Positions 20,441-29,901 of a DNA stretch of 64,000 nucleotides are shown in pieces. Both the position numbers and the translations under genes were made by a program. Numbering within the stretch: the stretch's first letter is position 1; each line of letters begins with the position of its first letter. Under the pieces are notes generated by a model. That model had not been told where the DNA came from. It saw only the letters and a list, made by a program, of their open reading frames with translations, and ran no database searches. The DNA comes from an uncultured Acidobacteriota bacterium (GTDB taxonomy: Bacteria; Acidobacteriota; Thermoanaerobaculia; UBA5066; Gp7-AA6): NCBI GenBank assembly GCA_963815655.1, contig CAWFHK010000001.1, positions 1,628,903 to 1,692,902 on the forward strand, read 5' to 3'.

Positions 20441-22554
20441 TCAGGACCGGGCGCGGTCGCCGGAGGCCAGGATCAGGACTTCGCCCCGCTCCTCGCGGCG
20501 CGCGCGGGCGGCCTCCAGCGCGGCCTCGCCCCGGTCCCGCCACCAGGCGCGCGCGTCGCCCGGCTTCCAGGGCGGCGCGACGTCGCACGCCTCGAGAATC
20601 GCGTCGAGCGCCTCCGCCGAGTCCGGCCGGTCCTCCCGGCCGAACGCGAGACAGCGGCCGAGGGCCTGTTCCAGGCTGGCGGGCACGGGATTCGGAGCGG
20701 CCAGCGAGAGAGGCGGAGGCGGTCCCTGCCGCTCCGCCTTGAAGACCTCGATGGCGGTGCGTCCGGGAAAGGGCGACTTGCCCGTCAGCAGGAAGTACCC
20801 GACGGCGCCGAGCGCGAAGATGTCCGCGCGCGCGTCCACCTGCGACGGCGTGCTCATCCCCTCGGGAGCCATGTAGAGAGGGGTCCCGAGGAGCGACCCG
20901 TCCTGCGAGAGCCCGGCATCTCCGGCCTGCCCGGCCGCGTCGGGTTCCCCCGCCCGCTCGACGACGCCCACGTCCTTGACGAGCCCGAAATCCAGGACCT
21001 TCAGGAAATCGGGGATGCCGCCGCAGATGCAGATCATCAGGTTGGCCGGCTTGATGTCCCGGTGGATGAGGCCCGCGGCGTGGGCCTCCGCGAGGGCGCC
21101 GCAGGCCTGCCGCAGCAGATGCACGACGCGCCCCGGCGGCAGCGGCCCGTCGAACTCCACGAGCTGCAGGAGGTTGATCCCGCGCAGCAGCTCCATCGCG
21201 TAGTAGAAGACCCCTTCCGCCGTCCGCCCGTAGTCGTAGATCGCGATCGTGCTCGGGTGAGTCAGGCCGGCCGTCAGCTGGACCTCCCTCTCGAACCGCG
21301 CGAGCGAGCGATCTCCCTGCGTGCCGGGCGCGAGCAGCTTGACAGCCGTCGGCCGCCGCAGCAGGGCGTGGCGCGCTTCCCAGACGACCCCCATCGCGCC
21401 GCGGCCCAGGCGCGCCACGAGCCGGTAGGGCCCCACCTTCTCGACCTGGCGGCGCAGCCGCAGGATCGTCCGGAGCGAGGTCAGCGTGACGAGGCCGAGC
21501 AGCGAGGCGAGCAGGCCGGCCGAGGCGAATCCGACCGCCCCGCGCCGGGACGGGAGGAAGGCGCCGGGAAGCGCGAAGACCGTGAGCGCCCATCGGCGGT
21601 CGGCAAACTGCACCGGAAACTCCAGGCGGAAACCGGGCCGCCGCGGCAGGCGGCCCGCCTCGCGCGGGCGTTCCGCCAGCACGGACGCCTGACGCGCCTC
21701 CGGATCCTCGAGCGCGAGGCCGAGGCCGGAGGCGTCCACCGCCGCCGCCGCGGTGTCCACCAGAGGCGCGACGCGAAAGATCGCCATTGCGAAGCCGGAG
21801 AGCGCGTCGCGGCGCGCCTCGTCCGACGCGGGGTCCCCCTCCCTGTAGAGGGGGGAGTACATGGCGACGACAGGCTGGGCGCCCGGTTTCCCCGCGTCCT
21901 CGACGAGCCCGAAGGGGGGGACGCCGCGATCGTCCCCGAGTCGCGCGCCTTCTCGGCGGTGGACCACCGGAGCGGGCTCGCGGCGACGTCGAAGCCGAGC
22001 GCGAGCGCGCTCGGCGGCTCCATGAAATGCACCGGGACGTAAAAGGGGCGGACGCCGGCCTCGACCGGCTTCCCGTCGGGACCGATTTCCCAGAAGCGAT
22101 AGCCGGCCAGGCCCGCGTCGCGCGCCTCCTCCTCGAAGGCCGCGCGCTCGGAGTCGCGAACAAGCGGAAGCCACTCGAACGCGTAGACGAGCCGGTGGCG
22201 CAGAAGCAGCGGTTCGGTCAGGAGCCGGAACTGCCGGCGCGTCGTCAGGCCCGAGGTCTCGAGAAAGCTCGAGAGCGCGGTCAGGTCCTCCTGCGGCAGG
22301 ACCAGGGTCCGCGAAATGGCCGCCTCCAGGCGCTGCGCCCTCTCCGTGAAGGCGAGGTGCGCGGCGGCCTGGGCCCGCGCGAGAAAGAAAGCGCCGAGCC
22401 CGAGCGACAGCGCCGCGAAGACGCCCGCCACGAGGATGTCCGTCCCGCGCACGGAAGAGCGCCACAACTTGAACGCCGACTTCAGCCGCAGCCCCGTGAA
22501 CCAGCCCGACTCCGAAGCGGACCAGCGCGCGCGTTCCCCCGAACTGCTCGTCAC
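20441..22554 (-). CDS. CHASE-like sensor fused to a Hanks-type Ser/Thr kinase, frameshifted at the G7 run 21914-21920
   Basis: Kinase motifs LGRGAMGVV, AVKLL, HRDIKPAN, KVLDFGLVK, GTPLYMAPE. The N-terminal frame has a TM plus AFEWLPLV...YVPVHFMEP...ALGFDV (CHASE-like). Confidence 0.8.
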
Positions 22555-22739
22555 GGGGAGGATTATCTTTCGGACAGCCCCGCTCCGCGCCCCGGGAACC
22601 GGGATTTCGACGCCGCTCGCCCAGACGAGCGTCGCCCGACTCAGCGGGCGGTAGGGCACGATCGGGGATCTATCCAGGACCCGAACGACCCGTACAGTCA
22701 GGGTTCCCGGTCGGCTTCGGCCAGGAGATCGAGATCGCT

Positions 22740-23030
22740 CAGTTCCTTGGGGCGGCCGAGGCCCTCTTGTTCGCGATGAACTCCTTCTTGCCGAGCACAG
22801 GAACCGAGAGATCCTTGTCCAGTCTCCGGTAGCCCGCGGGACGCCGTGAGCCGCGAGGGCGTGAGTGCCGACGACGATGAACTCAGTACCGGTTTCGGAG
22901 AGTGCGGACAACATGTTGACGAAGTCGCGTTTCATCGGTTCGGCCCTCTTTGAAGAGCCAGGCCTGGAGTGTCAACTGCCAGACCATGGCGACGCGTTCG
23001 CCGGGAGTGAGATTCGCAACCGCTGACCCG
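22740..23030 (-). pseudogene. Degenerate small gene plus nucleotidyltransferase-like gene remnant
   Basis: ANLTPGERVAMVWQLTLQAW followed by MKRDFVNMLSAL...FIVVGTHALAAHGVPRATGD, then a jump to VPVLGKKEFIANKRA. The middle appears deleted. Confidence 0.6.
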
Positions 23031-23094
23031 CCGCCTTCGTCGGAAAGAGGGAGTTCCCAATAATGTCCGTCCGAGAGGGTATAAAAGCGTCCGG

Positions 23095-24606
23095 ATGCCG
23101 CTGCTGGAGCTCGTCGAGATCACCAAGGAGTTTCCCGGCGTGCGGGCGCTCGACCGCGTGTCGTTCGATCTCGAGAAGGGGGAGGTCCACGCGCTGTGCG
23201 GGGAGAACGGAGCGGGCAAGAGTACGCTGATCAAGGTGCTCTCGGGGTTCCATCCGCACGGGACGTACGGCGGAGAGATCCGGCTGCGCGGCGAGACCGC
23301 GCGGTTCGCCGGCATGCGGGACGGGGAGAGACACGGGATCGCCGTCATCGCGCAGGAGCCGGCGCTCGTGCCGGAGATGAGCGTGGCGGAGAACCTGATG
23401 CTCGGACGCGAGCCGGTCCGGCGCGGGCTCATCCAGTGGGAGCGGGTGCGGGCGGCGGCGCGCGCGGCGCTGGCGCTCGTCGGTTCGGATCTCGATCCGG
23501 AGACTCCGGTGCGCGCGCTCGGCGTCGGGCAGCGGCAGATGGTCGAGATCGCCCAGGCCCTGGACAAGCGAACGGAGATCCTCGTGCTGGATGAGCCGAC
23601 GGCGGCGCTGACCGAGACGGACGCGCGGCGGATGCTCGCGCTCCTGCGGGGTCTGCGCGGTCGCGGCGTCTCCTCGATCTACATCAGCCACCGGCTGGAC
23701 GAGGTCTTCACGATCGCGGACCGGATCACGGTCCTGCGCGACGGCCGCGCCGTCTCCACGGGAGCGTCCGCCGAGTGGACTCCCGACAGCGTCATCGCGG
23801 CGATGGTCGGCCGGCGGGTGCGGGAAGTCTCCCCGAGGCCGGAGAGCTCGCCGGGCAGGACCGTGCTTGCCGTCGAGAACTGGCGCGTCGCCGACCCGGA
23901 CAACCCGGGGCGCTTCGTCCTCGACGGCGTCTCGTTCGAGGCGCACGAAGGCGAAGTTCTCGGCATCGCCGGGCTGATGGGCTCGGGACGGACTGCCCTC
24001 GTCAGCTCCCTCTTCGGCATCGCGCGCTCCGCCGTCTCGGGGACGGTCGCCGTCTCCGGGCGCGCGAGCCGCAAGCCGTTTCGCGGCCCCGCCGAGGCGA
24101 TCGCCGCGGGCCTCGCCCTCGTGGGCGAAGACCGCAAGCGCTACGGCCTCGTCTCCGGCGCCTCGGTCCTGGAGAACCTCACGCTCCCGGCGCTCGGCCG
24201 GTTCCGCCGCGGGGCGCTCCTCGACGACGCGGCGCGCGAGCGCGCGTCGCGGGAGCAGGTGGACGCGCTCGCCATCAGGACGCCGTCGCTCCGATCGCGC
24301 GTCGAAAACCTCTCGGGCGGGACCCAGCAGAAGGTCGCGCTCGGCAAGTGGCTCCTGACGCGGCCGCGCGCGCTCTTCCTGGACGAGCCGACGCGCGGAA
24401 TCGACGTCGGGTCGAAGGCGGAGATCCACCGGATCGCCGGGCGGCTCGCGGGAGAGGGCGTCGCGATCGTGCTCGTCTCCTCCGACCTGCCGGAGCTGCT
24501 TGCCCTCTCCGACCGCGTGCTCGTGCTCTCGCAGGGGCGCCGGACCGCGCTCCTCCCCCGCTTCCTCGCGACGCCCGAGGCCGTCATGGCGGCCGCGACC
24601 GCTTGA
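23095..24606 (+). CDS. xylG: Sugar ABC transporter ATP-binding protein (XylG-like, two ABC domains)
   Basis: GENGAGKST, LVLDEPT, YISHRLDE, LSGGTQQK, LDEPTRGIDVG. Confidence 0.85.
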   Translation: MPLLELVEITKEFPGVRALDRVSFDLEKGEVHALCGENGAGKSTLIKVLSGFHPHGTYGGEIRLRGETARFAGMRDGERHGIAVIAQEPALVPEMSVAENLMLGREPVRRGLIQWERVRAAARAALALVGSDLDPETPVRALGVGQRQMVEIAQALDKRTEILVLDEPTAALTETDARRMLALLRGLRGRGVSSIYISHRLDEVFTIADRITVLRDGRAVSTGASAEWTPDSVIAAMVGRRVREVSPRPESSPGRTVLAVENWRVADPDNPGRFVLDGVSFEAHEGEVLGIAGLMGSGRTALVSSLFGIARSAVSGTVAVSGRASRKPFRGPAEAIAAGLALVGEDRKRYGLVSGASVLENLTLPALGRFRRGALLDDAARERASREQVDALAIRTPSLRSRVENLSGGTQQKVALGKWLLTRPRALFLDEPTRGIDVGSKAEIHRIAGRLAGEGVAIVLVSSDLPELLALSDRVLVLSQGRRTALLPRFLATPEAVMAAATA

Positions 24607-24614
24607 GCGCAGCG

Positions 24615-25709
24615 ATGGCCCGGACGGCGAAGGCGGCGATCCCCTGGCGGGCGCTGACGCTCGCCGGCGCGCTCGCCGTCATCGGGATCGTCTTCGTCGT
24701 CGCGACGCACGGGATGTTCGCCAGCCCGCGCAACCTGGCGCTTCTCGCGCGGCAGATGTCGGTGACGTCGCTCCTCGCCGTCGGCATGGTCCTCGTCATC
24801 GTGACGGGCGAGATCGACCTCTCCGTCGGAGCGATGTCGGGACTCCTGGGCGGCGTCGCGGCGATCGCGTTCGAGAAGGCGGGATGGCCGCTTGCGCTCG
24901 CGTTCTTCGCGGCCCTCGGTCTCGGCGCGCTCCTGGGACTTCTTCAGGGGAGCCTCGTGGCGTGGCTGCGCGTCCCATCCTTCATCGTCACGCTCGGCGG
25001 GATGCTCGTGTTCGGCGGCACGCTCCTCGGGATCACGGGAGGCGTCTCGATCTCGCCGGGCCGCCCGTTTCTCTTCGTCGGGCAGACCTACGCGCCCGCG
25101 GGACTGGGGTGGGCGCTCGCCGGACTGATCGCGGCGCTCCTCGCCGCGGCGGGAATGCGGGCGAGCGGCCCGACCCGGTGGAAGAGGCTCGGCCTCGCCG
25201 CCGTCGCGGTCGCCTTCACGGCCGTGATGAACGCCTACGCGGGAATCCCGCTGCCGGTCCTTCTCGTGCTCCTCGTGGCGTCTCTGTTCTCGGTCCTCAC
25301 GCAACACACGCCGTTCGGCCGGCGGCTCTACGCCATCGGCGGCAACCGCGAGGCGGCGCTCTACTCCGGAGTGCGGATCGGGAGGCACCTGGCGGGCGTG
25401 TTCACCCTGATGGGGCTCCTGTGCGGCGCGGCCGGGATCGTGCTGACCGCACGGGTCGGCTCGGCGACTTCCGACGCGGGAAGGTTGATGGAGCTCGACG
25501 CGATCGCCGCCGCCGTCATCGGCGGCGCATCGCTGATGGGAGGACGCGGGACCGTGTGGGGCGCGCTCCTCGGCGCGCTCGTGATGGCTTCGCTCGACAA
25601 CGGCATGAGTCTCATGAACACCGAGCCCTTCTGGCAGCCGATCCTGAAGGGCGCGATCCTGGTCGCCGCCGTCGCGGCGGACATGGCGGGCCGCCGCGGC
25701 GCGCGCTGA
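24615..25709 (+). CDS. xylH: Sugar ABC transporter permease (XylH-like)
   Basis: EIDLSVG, VPSFIVTLGG, FGRRLYAIGGN, ELDAIAAAVIGG. Confidence 0.85.
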   Translation: MARTAKAAIPWRALTLAGALAVIGIVFVVATHGMFASPRNLALLARQMSVTSLLAVGMVLVIVTGEIDLSVGAMSGLLGGVAAIAFEKAGWPLALAFFAALGLGALLGLLQGSLVAWLRVPSFIVTLGGMLVFGGTLLGITGGVSISPGRPFLFVGQTYAPAGLGWALAGLIAALLAAAGMRASGPTRWKRLGLAAVAVAFTAVMNAYAGIPLPVLLVLLVASLFSVLTQHTPFGRRLYAIGGNREAALYSGVRIGRHLAGVFTLMGLLCGAAGIVLTARVGSATSDAGRLMELDAIAAAVIGGASLMGGRGTVWGALLGALVMASLDNGMSLMNTEPFWQPILKGAILVAAVAADMAGRRGAR

Positions 25710-25719
25710 CGCGCGCACG

Positions 25720-25795
25720 GTCCAAGGTCCAAAGTCCAAAGGAGCCGACGGGCGTGACCACCGTGCCGTAGGGGCGGCCCTTGCGGCCGCCCGCC
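25720..25795. repeat. (GTCCAA[AG])3 heptamers plus a GTAG-type REP-like palindrome
   Basis: gtccaag gtccaaa gtccaaa, then GTAG-gggcggcc-cttgc-ggccgccc. Confidence 0.65.
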
Positions 25796-26026
25796 TCGAC
25801 CCGATCCGCCGCGCGGGCGAGACGGCCACGCGCCCCGCGCCGCCGTCATCCTCACGACGTGGCCCTCGCGCCGTAGGACATCGTGAGCGGCTTGCTGCCC
25901 GGAGACGATTTCCGGTCTCGACGAACCGGCGCGTCGGGGAGAGGCGGGAGGGCGCAAGACCCTCCCCAACGGCGCGGGAAGCACGAGGAGACGGAAAAGA
26001 CGGGGGGACGCGATAGGCTGCCGAGC

Positions 26027-27082
26027 GTGCGACGGTGGATCGCGAGCGCGGCAAGTGTGGCGGCGATTCTTGTCGCCGGCTGCTCGCGTCCTGACGCCGA
26101 GAAGCCGGCGACCTCCGCGGGGAAGAAGATCCGGATCGGGTTCTCGATGGACACGTTGAAGGAGGAGCGGTGGCATCGGGACCGCGACCTCCTGGTGAAG
26201 AGGGCCGGGGAACTCGGGGCGGAGGTCCTCGTCCAGGCGGCCAACGGCAACGACGCGCTGCAGAACTCGCAGGCCGAGAACATGCTGACCGAGGGCGTGG
26301 ACGTCCTGCTCGTCGCGCCGCACAACGGGAAGACCGCGGCCGTGATCGTCGAGGCCGCCCACCGCTCCGGCGTGCCCGTCATCGCCTACGACCGCCTGAT
26401 CAACGACGCGGACGTGGACCTCTACATGTCCTTCGACAACGAGCGCGTGGGAGAGATGCAGGCCGAGTACCTCGTCGCCCGCCGGCCCAGAGGCAACTAC
26501 GTCGTGATCGGGGGCGCGCCGACCGACAACAACGCGCTCCTCTACCACCAGGGGCAGATGAAGGTGCTCGGGCCGTCGGTCGCGCGCGGCGACATCCGCG
26601 TCGTCTCCGACCAGTGGGCGCGCGACTGGCTCGCGGTCGAGGCCTTGAAAATCATGGAGAACGCGCTGACGCGGAGCGACAACAGGGTGGATGCCGTGGT
26701 GGCCGCCAACGACGGCGTGGCGGGCGGCGCGATCCAGGCGCTGGCGGAACAGAACCTCGCCGGAAAGACGCTCGTGTCGGGCCAGGACGCGGAGTTGTCG
26801 GCCTGCCAGCGCATCGCCGCGGGGACTCAGAGCATGACCGTCTACAAGCCGATCGAGCGGCTGGCCTCCAAAGCGGCGGAGGTCGCGGTGAAGATGGCGC
26901 GCCGGCAGCCGCACGGCGAAGCGACGCACCCGATTCCCAACGGCAAGACCGACGTGCCGAGCATCCTGCTCGCTCCGGTGGCGGTGGACAGGGACAACCT
27001 CGTGTCCACGGTCATCGCCGACGGATACCAGAAGCTCGAGGATGTCTACCGCGACGTCCCTCGGGACCGCTGGCCAAAGTAG
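26027..27082 (+). CDS. xylF: D-xylose ABC transporter substrate-binding lipoprotein (XylF-like)
   Basis: LVAGC lipobox, EERWHRDRD, IAYDRLI, SFDNERVG, GGAPTDNNA, VSGQDA, TVYKPI. Confidence 0.85.
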   Translation: MRRWIASAASVAAILVAGCSRPDAEKPATSAGKKIRIGFSMDTLKEERWHRDRDLLVKRAGELGAEVLVQAANGNDALQNSQAENMLTEGVDVLLVAPHNGKTAAVIVEAAHRSGVPVIAYDRLINDADVDLYMSFDNERVGEMQAEYLVARRPRGNYVVIGGAPTDNNALLYHQGQMKVLGPSVARGDIRVVSDQWARDWLAVEALKIMENALTRSDNRVDAVVAANDGVAGGAIQALAEQNLAGKTLVSGQDAELSACQRIAAGTQSMTVYKPIERLASKAAEVAVKMARRQPHGEATHPIPNGKTDVPSILLAPVAVDRDNLVSTVIADGYQKLEDVYRDVPRDRWPK

Positions 27083-27149
27083 GTGTCCTGACTTCTTCGT
27101 CCGCCGCCCGGTCACCTGCCTTGAGCTCAGGACCCGGACGAACGCGCTG

Positions 27150-28610
27150 CTAGGGACCAGGTTCTCCCGAGGCGTGGATCGTCATCACCGGGCAGGGAGA
27201 GGCGGAGATGACGCGCGCGGCCACGCTGCCGAGGAAGAGACGGGACACGCCGGTGCGGCCGTGGGTGCCCATGACGACGAGGTCGCAGTCGAGGTCCCGC
27301 GCGGCGTCGGTGATGGCCTGATCGGGCGCGCCGGTCAGGACGAGCGGAGTGGCGACGACCCCCGCTCTCCCGGCGTCGTCGACGAGGCGCTGCAGCTTCT
27401 TCAGGGTGTCTTCCTCGAGGCCGTGGTCCCACTTCTCGTAGGTCGCGGGAGGAACGTAGCCCTCGAGAACCAGGCTGGGCGGCTGGTAGGCGTGAGCGAT
27501 CGTCAGCTCCGCGCCGGTCTCCCCGGCGAGCGCGGTGGCCCGCGCGACGGCCGGCGCCGAGGCCGCGGAGAAATCCGTCGCCACGAGGATGTGCCGGAAG
27601 TGCTTTCCGGCCCTCTTCTTCTTCGACTCCGCGGCCGGCGGAAGGCCCTGGGCTTTGCGCAGGAAGTCCTCGGCGGCGACGCGGTTGGAAGCGGGGATCA
27701 CGAGCACGGGGCAGTCGCTCGCGCGGACGACCTTGCGGGTGTTGGAGCCGAGCAGGATGGCCCGGAATGCCGAGACCCCCATCGCCGACAGCACGATCAG
27801 ATCGCATCCGCGTTCCCTGGCGAAGGCCAGGATCCCCTCCGCCGGCGTCTCCGCCGCCATCACGCGCCCCTCGTTGACGAGGCCGGGAAAGACCGGATCG
27901 AGCCGCGCCTTCCAGCGCGCGACCTCCCCCGTCGCGATCTCGAGCAGCTCGTCCTGGTCGATCCCGTGCCGGTTGGCCCGCCGCGCGATCACGTGGAGCA
28001 GGAGGGGCTCCGCTCCCCTCAGGGCGGCCAGCGCGAGCGCCCAGTTCGCGCTCTCCCGGGACCCTTCCGAGAAATCCGTGGGGATCAGGATGCGCCGCAG
28101 GCGATACCCCTCGGGCACGTCGTGGTGAGTCAGGACGGGACAGTCCCCGTTGTAGAGGAGGGCCGACGCCATCCCGCCGATCCGCCGGTCTTCCGCGGCC
28201 AGGCTCCGCGTCCGCACGCCGACGAGATCGGCGCGCCAGGAACCCGACTCCCGCAGGATCTCCTCGGTCGGAGTCCCGCGGATGACGTCCGCGCTGACCT
28301 GGAAGCCGTCGGCCGCGAGCGTCGTCATCTTGCGCTCGGTCTCCATGCGCGTGGCGTTCTCGGCGTCGAGCTCGAGCTGGGCGATCTGGTTGAACCGCGG
28401 ATAGGTCCGCGGAATGGAGAAGTCCGCCCTCACGGGCCGATGGACGTAGAGTCTCCGAACGTGCGTGCGCGGCGCGGGGAGGAACGACCGGAGAACGCGC
28501 GCGATGTCTTTCAGGTCGTCCTCCGGCTTGGACGGGAGGAGCACGCGCAGTTGACGCTCCGAGGGGTTCATCGCCGCGTCCATCCTGCTGCTGACGCGAC
28601 TTTCGGGCAT
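27150..28610 (-). CDS. Universal stress protein with three USP domains
   Basis: ILIPTDFS and ILVATDFS; LLGSNTRKV; GTHGRTG...LGSVAARV. Confidence 0.88.
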   Translation of the reverse strand: MPESRVSSRMDAAMNPSERQLRVLLPSKPEDDLKDIARVLRSFLPAPRTHVRRLYVHRPVRADFSIPRTYPRFNQIAQLELDAENATRMETERKMTTLAADGFQVSADVIRGTPTEEILRESGSWRADLVGVRTRSLAAEDRRIGGMASALLYNGDCPVLTHHDVPEGYRLRRILIPTDFSEGSRESANWALALAALRGAEPLLLHVIARRANRHGIDQDELLEIATGEVARWKARLDPVFPGLVNEGRVMAAETPAEGILAFARERGCDLIVLSAMGVSAFRAILLGSNTRKVVRASDCPVLVIPASNRVAAEDFLRKAQGLPPAAESKKKRAGKHFRHILVATDFSAASAPAVARATALAGETGAELTIAHAYQPPSLVLEGYVPPATYEKWDHGLEEDTLKKLQRLVDDAGRAGVVATPLVLTGAPDQAITDAARDLDCDLVVMGTHGRTGVSRLFLGSVAARVISASPCPVMTIHASGEPGP

Positions 28611-28634
28611 GACGCAAATGAATCAGAAGAGAGC

Positions 28635-28727
28635 TGTGAGTTGTGAATTGTGAGTTGTCAGAGGGCCCGCCGCGGGCATCCCTCCCCGTTTTCTCATTCA
28701 CAATTCACAACTCACAATTCACAATTG
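28635..28727. repeat. Inverted heptamer arrays (TGTGA[AG]T)3...(A[TC]TCACA)4
   Basis: Read directly. AT-rich, between divergent genes. Confidence 0.88.
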
Positions 28728-28743
28728 ACCGGCGGAGGCCGTG

Positions 28744-29223
28744 ATGCCGAAGAGAGACTGCGTGTTTTGCGAGATCGTGGACGGTCGCGCGCCGGCCCAC
28801 CGCGTCGGGGAGAACCCGCGGGCGCTCGCGATTCTCGACATCCATCCGTACGCGCCGGGTCACGCCCTCGTGCTCTCGAAGCGGCACGTCCCGTTCTGGC
28901 ACGACCTGACGCCGAGGGAGGCCGCGGACGTCTTCGCCCTCGTCCACAGAGTGGCCGGACGGCTCAAGAGGGTCTTCGATCCCGAGTTCGTCTGCCTCAT
29001 GGCCAGGGGCCGCCGGATCCCGCACACGCACATCTTTCTCGTCCCGACCAGCCCCGGCGACGTGCTCGACCGCTACTTCAACGGACTCGAGAAAGTGCAG
29101 GAGGGCTCCGAAGAGCTCGCGCCGCTGCGCGAGCCGGCGGCGCGCGAGGAGGCCTCCGGGCGTCTGCGCGGCGCCTCGTCCCGCCGGCGTCAGCCAGCCT
29201 CGCGGAGAACGCGGAAACCGTAG
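28744..29223 (+). CDS. HIT family protein
   Basis: DCVFCEIV, LDIHPYAPGHALV, IPHTHIF. Confidence 0.88.
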   Translation: MPKRDCVFCEIVDGRAPAHRVGENPRALAILDIHPYAPGHALVLSKRHVPFWHDLTPREAADVFALVHRVAGRLKRVFDPEFVCLMARGRRIPHTHIFLVPTSPGDVLDRYFNGLEKVQEGSEELAPLREPAAREEASGRLRGASSRRRQPASRRTRKP

Positions 29224-29882
29224 TCGGAGTAACGGTAGCCGGGAGGCAGGCTCGTCCGAGCCGACGGCGAGGACCAGCGGATCCGGTGGCGCCAGGAGCC
29301 GCCGCGACTCGCCCGGCGGGAAAGAGCCCCGGCGGCCGGCGCGGCGGCGGCGGAGTCGGGCTCGCGCCAGTTGGCGCACCACTCGTGAACGATCGTCCCG
29401 GCGTCGAGGAGCCCGTAGCCGTTGGGTGTGCCTCGCCCCGCCTCCCACGGTCCGGCGATCGGACCCTCGGGGATCTCGCCGTGAGGGATCGCCTCTCCCC
29501 ACGCGGTGCGCGGCCGCGCGAGACCTCCGCTCGCCGCGAGCTCCCACTCCGCTTCCGTCGGCAGGCGCCAGCGCTCACCCGCCGTCTCCGAGAGCCACTC
29601 GCAGAAGGCGGCGGCCTCGTCCCATGTCACGCCGACAACCGGCTGGCGCGGCGCGGAGAAATCGGGATCGGTCCACCACGGCGGAGCGGGCGCGCGCCCG
29701 GCGGCGAGAAAGGGCGCGTACTCGCGGTTGGTCACCGGCGTGCGGCCGATCCGGAAGGGAGCGACCCCGATCGTTCGGACCGAGCCGTCCGGTTCTCGAA
29801 CGTCGATCCGCCCGCCCGGAATCGGGACGGTCTCGGGGACGGCGAGCGCCTGGCGTTCGGCCGCGCTGAAACCGGTGCCCAT
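29190..29882 (-). CDS. FGE/SUMF1-like (sulfatase-modifying factor) domain protein
   Basis: PVTNREY, QPVVGVTW, RLPTEAEWE, NGYGLLD, RGGSW, YGFRV. Confidence 0.85.
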   Translation of the reverse strand: MGTGFSAAERQALAVPETVPIPGGRIDVREPDGSVRTIGVAPFRIGRTPVTNREYAPFLAAGRAPAPPWWTDPDFSAPRQPVVGVTWDEAAAFCEWLSETAGERWRLPTEAEWELAASGGLARPRTAWGEAIPHGEIPEGPIAGPWEAGRGTPNGYGLLDAGTIVHEWCANWREPDSAAAAPAAGALSRRASRGGSWRHRIRWSSPSARTSLPPGYRYSDYGFRVLREAG

Positions 29883-29901
29883 CGCCGCCGTAGGATACGG
29901 C

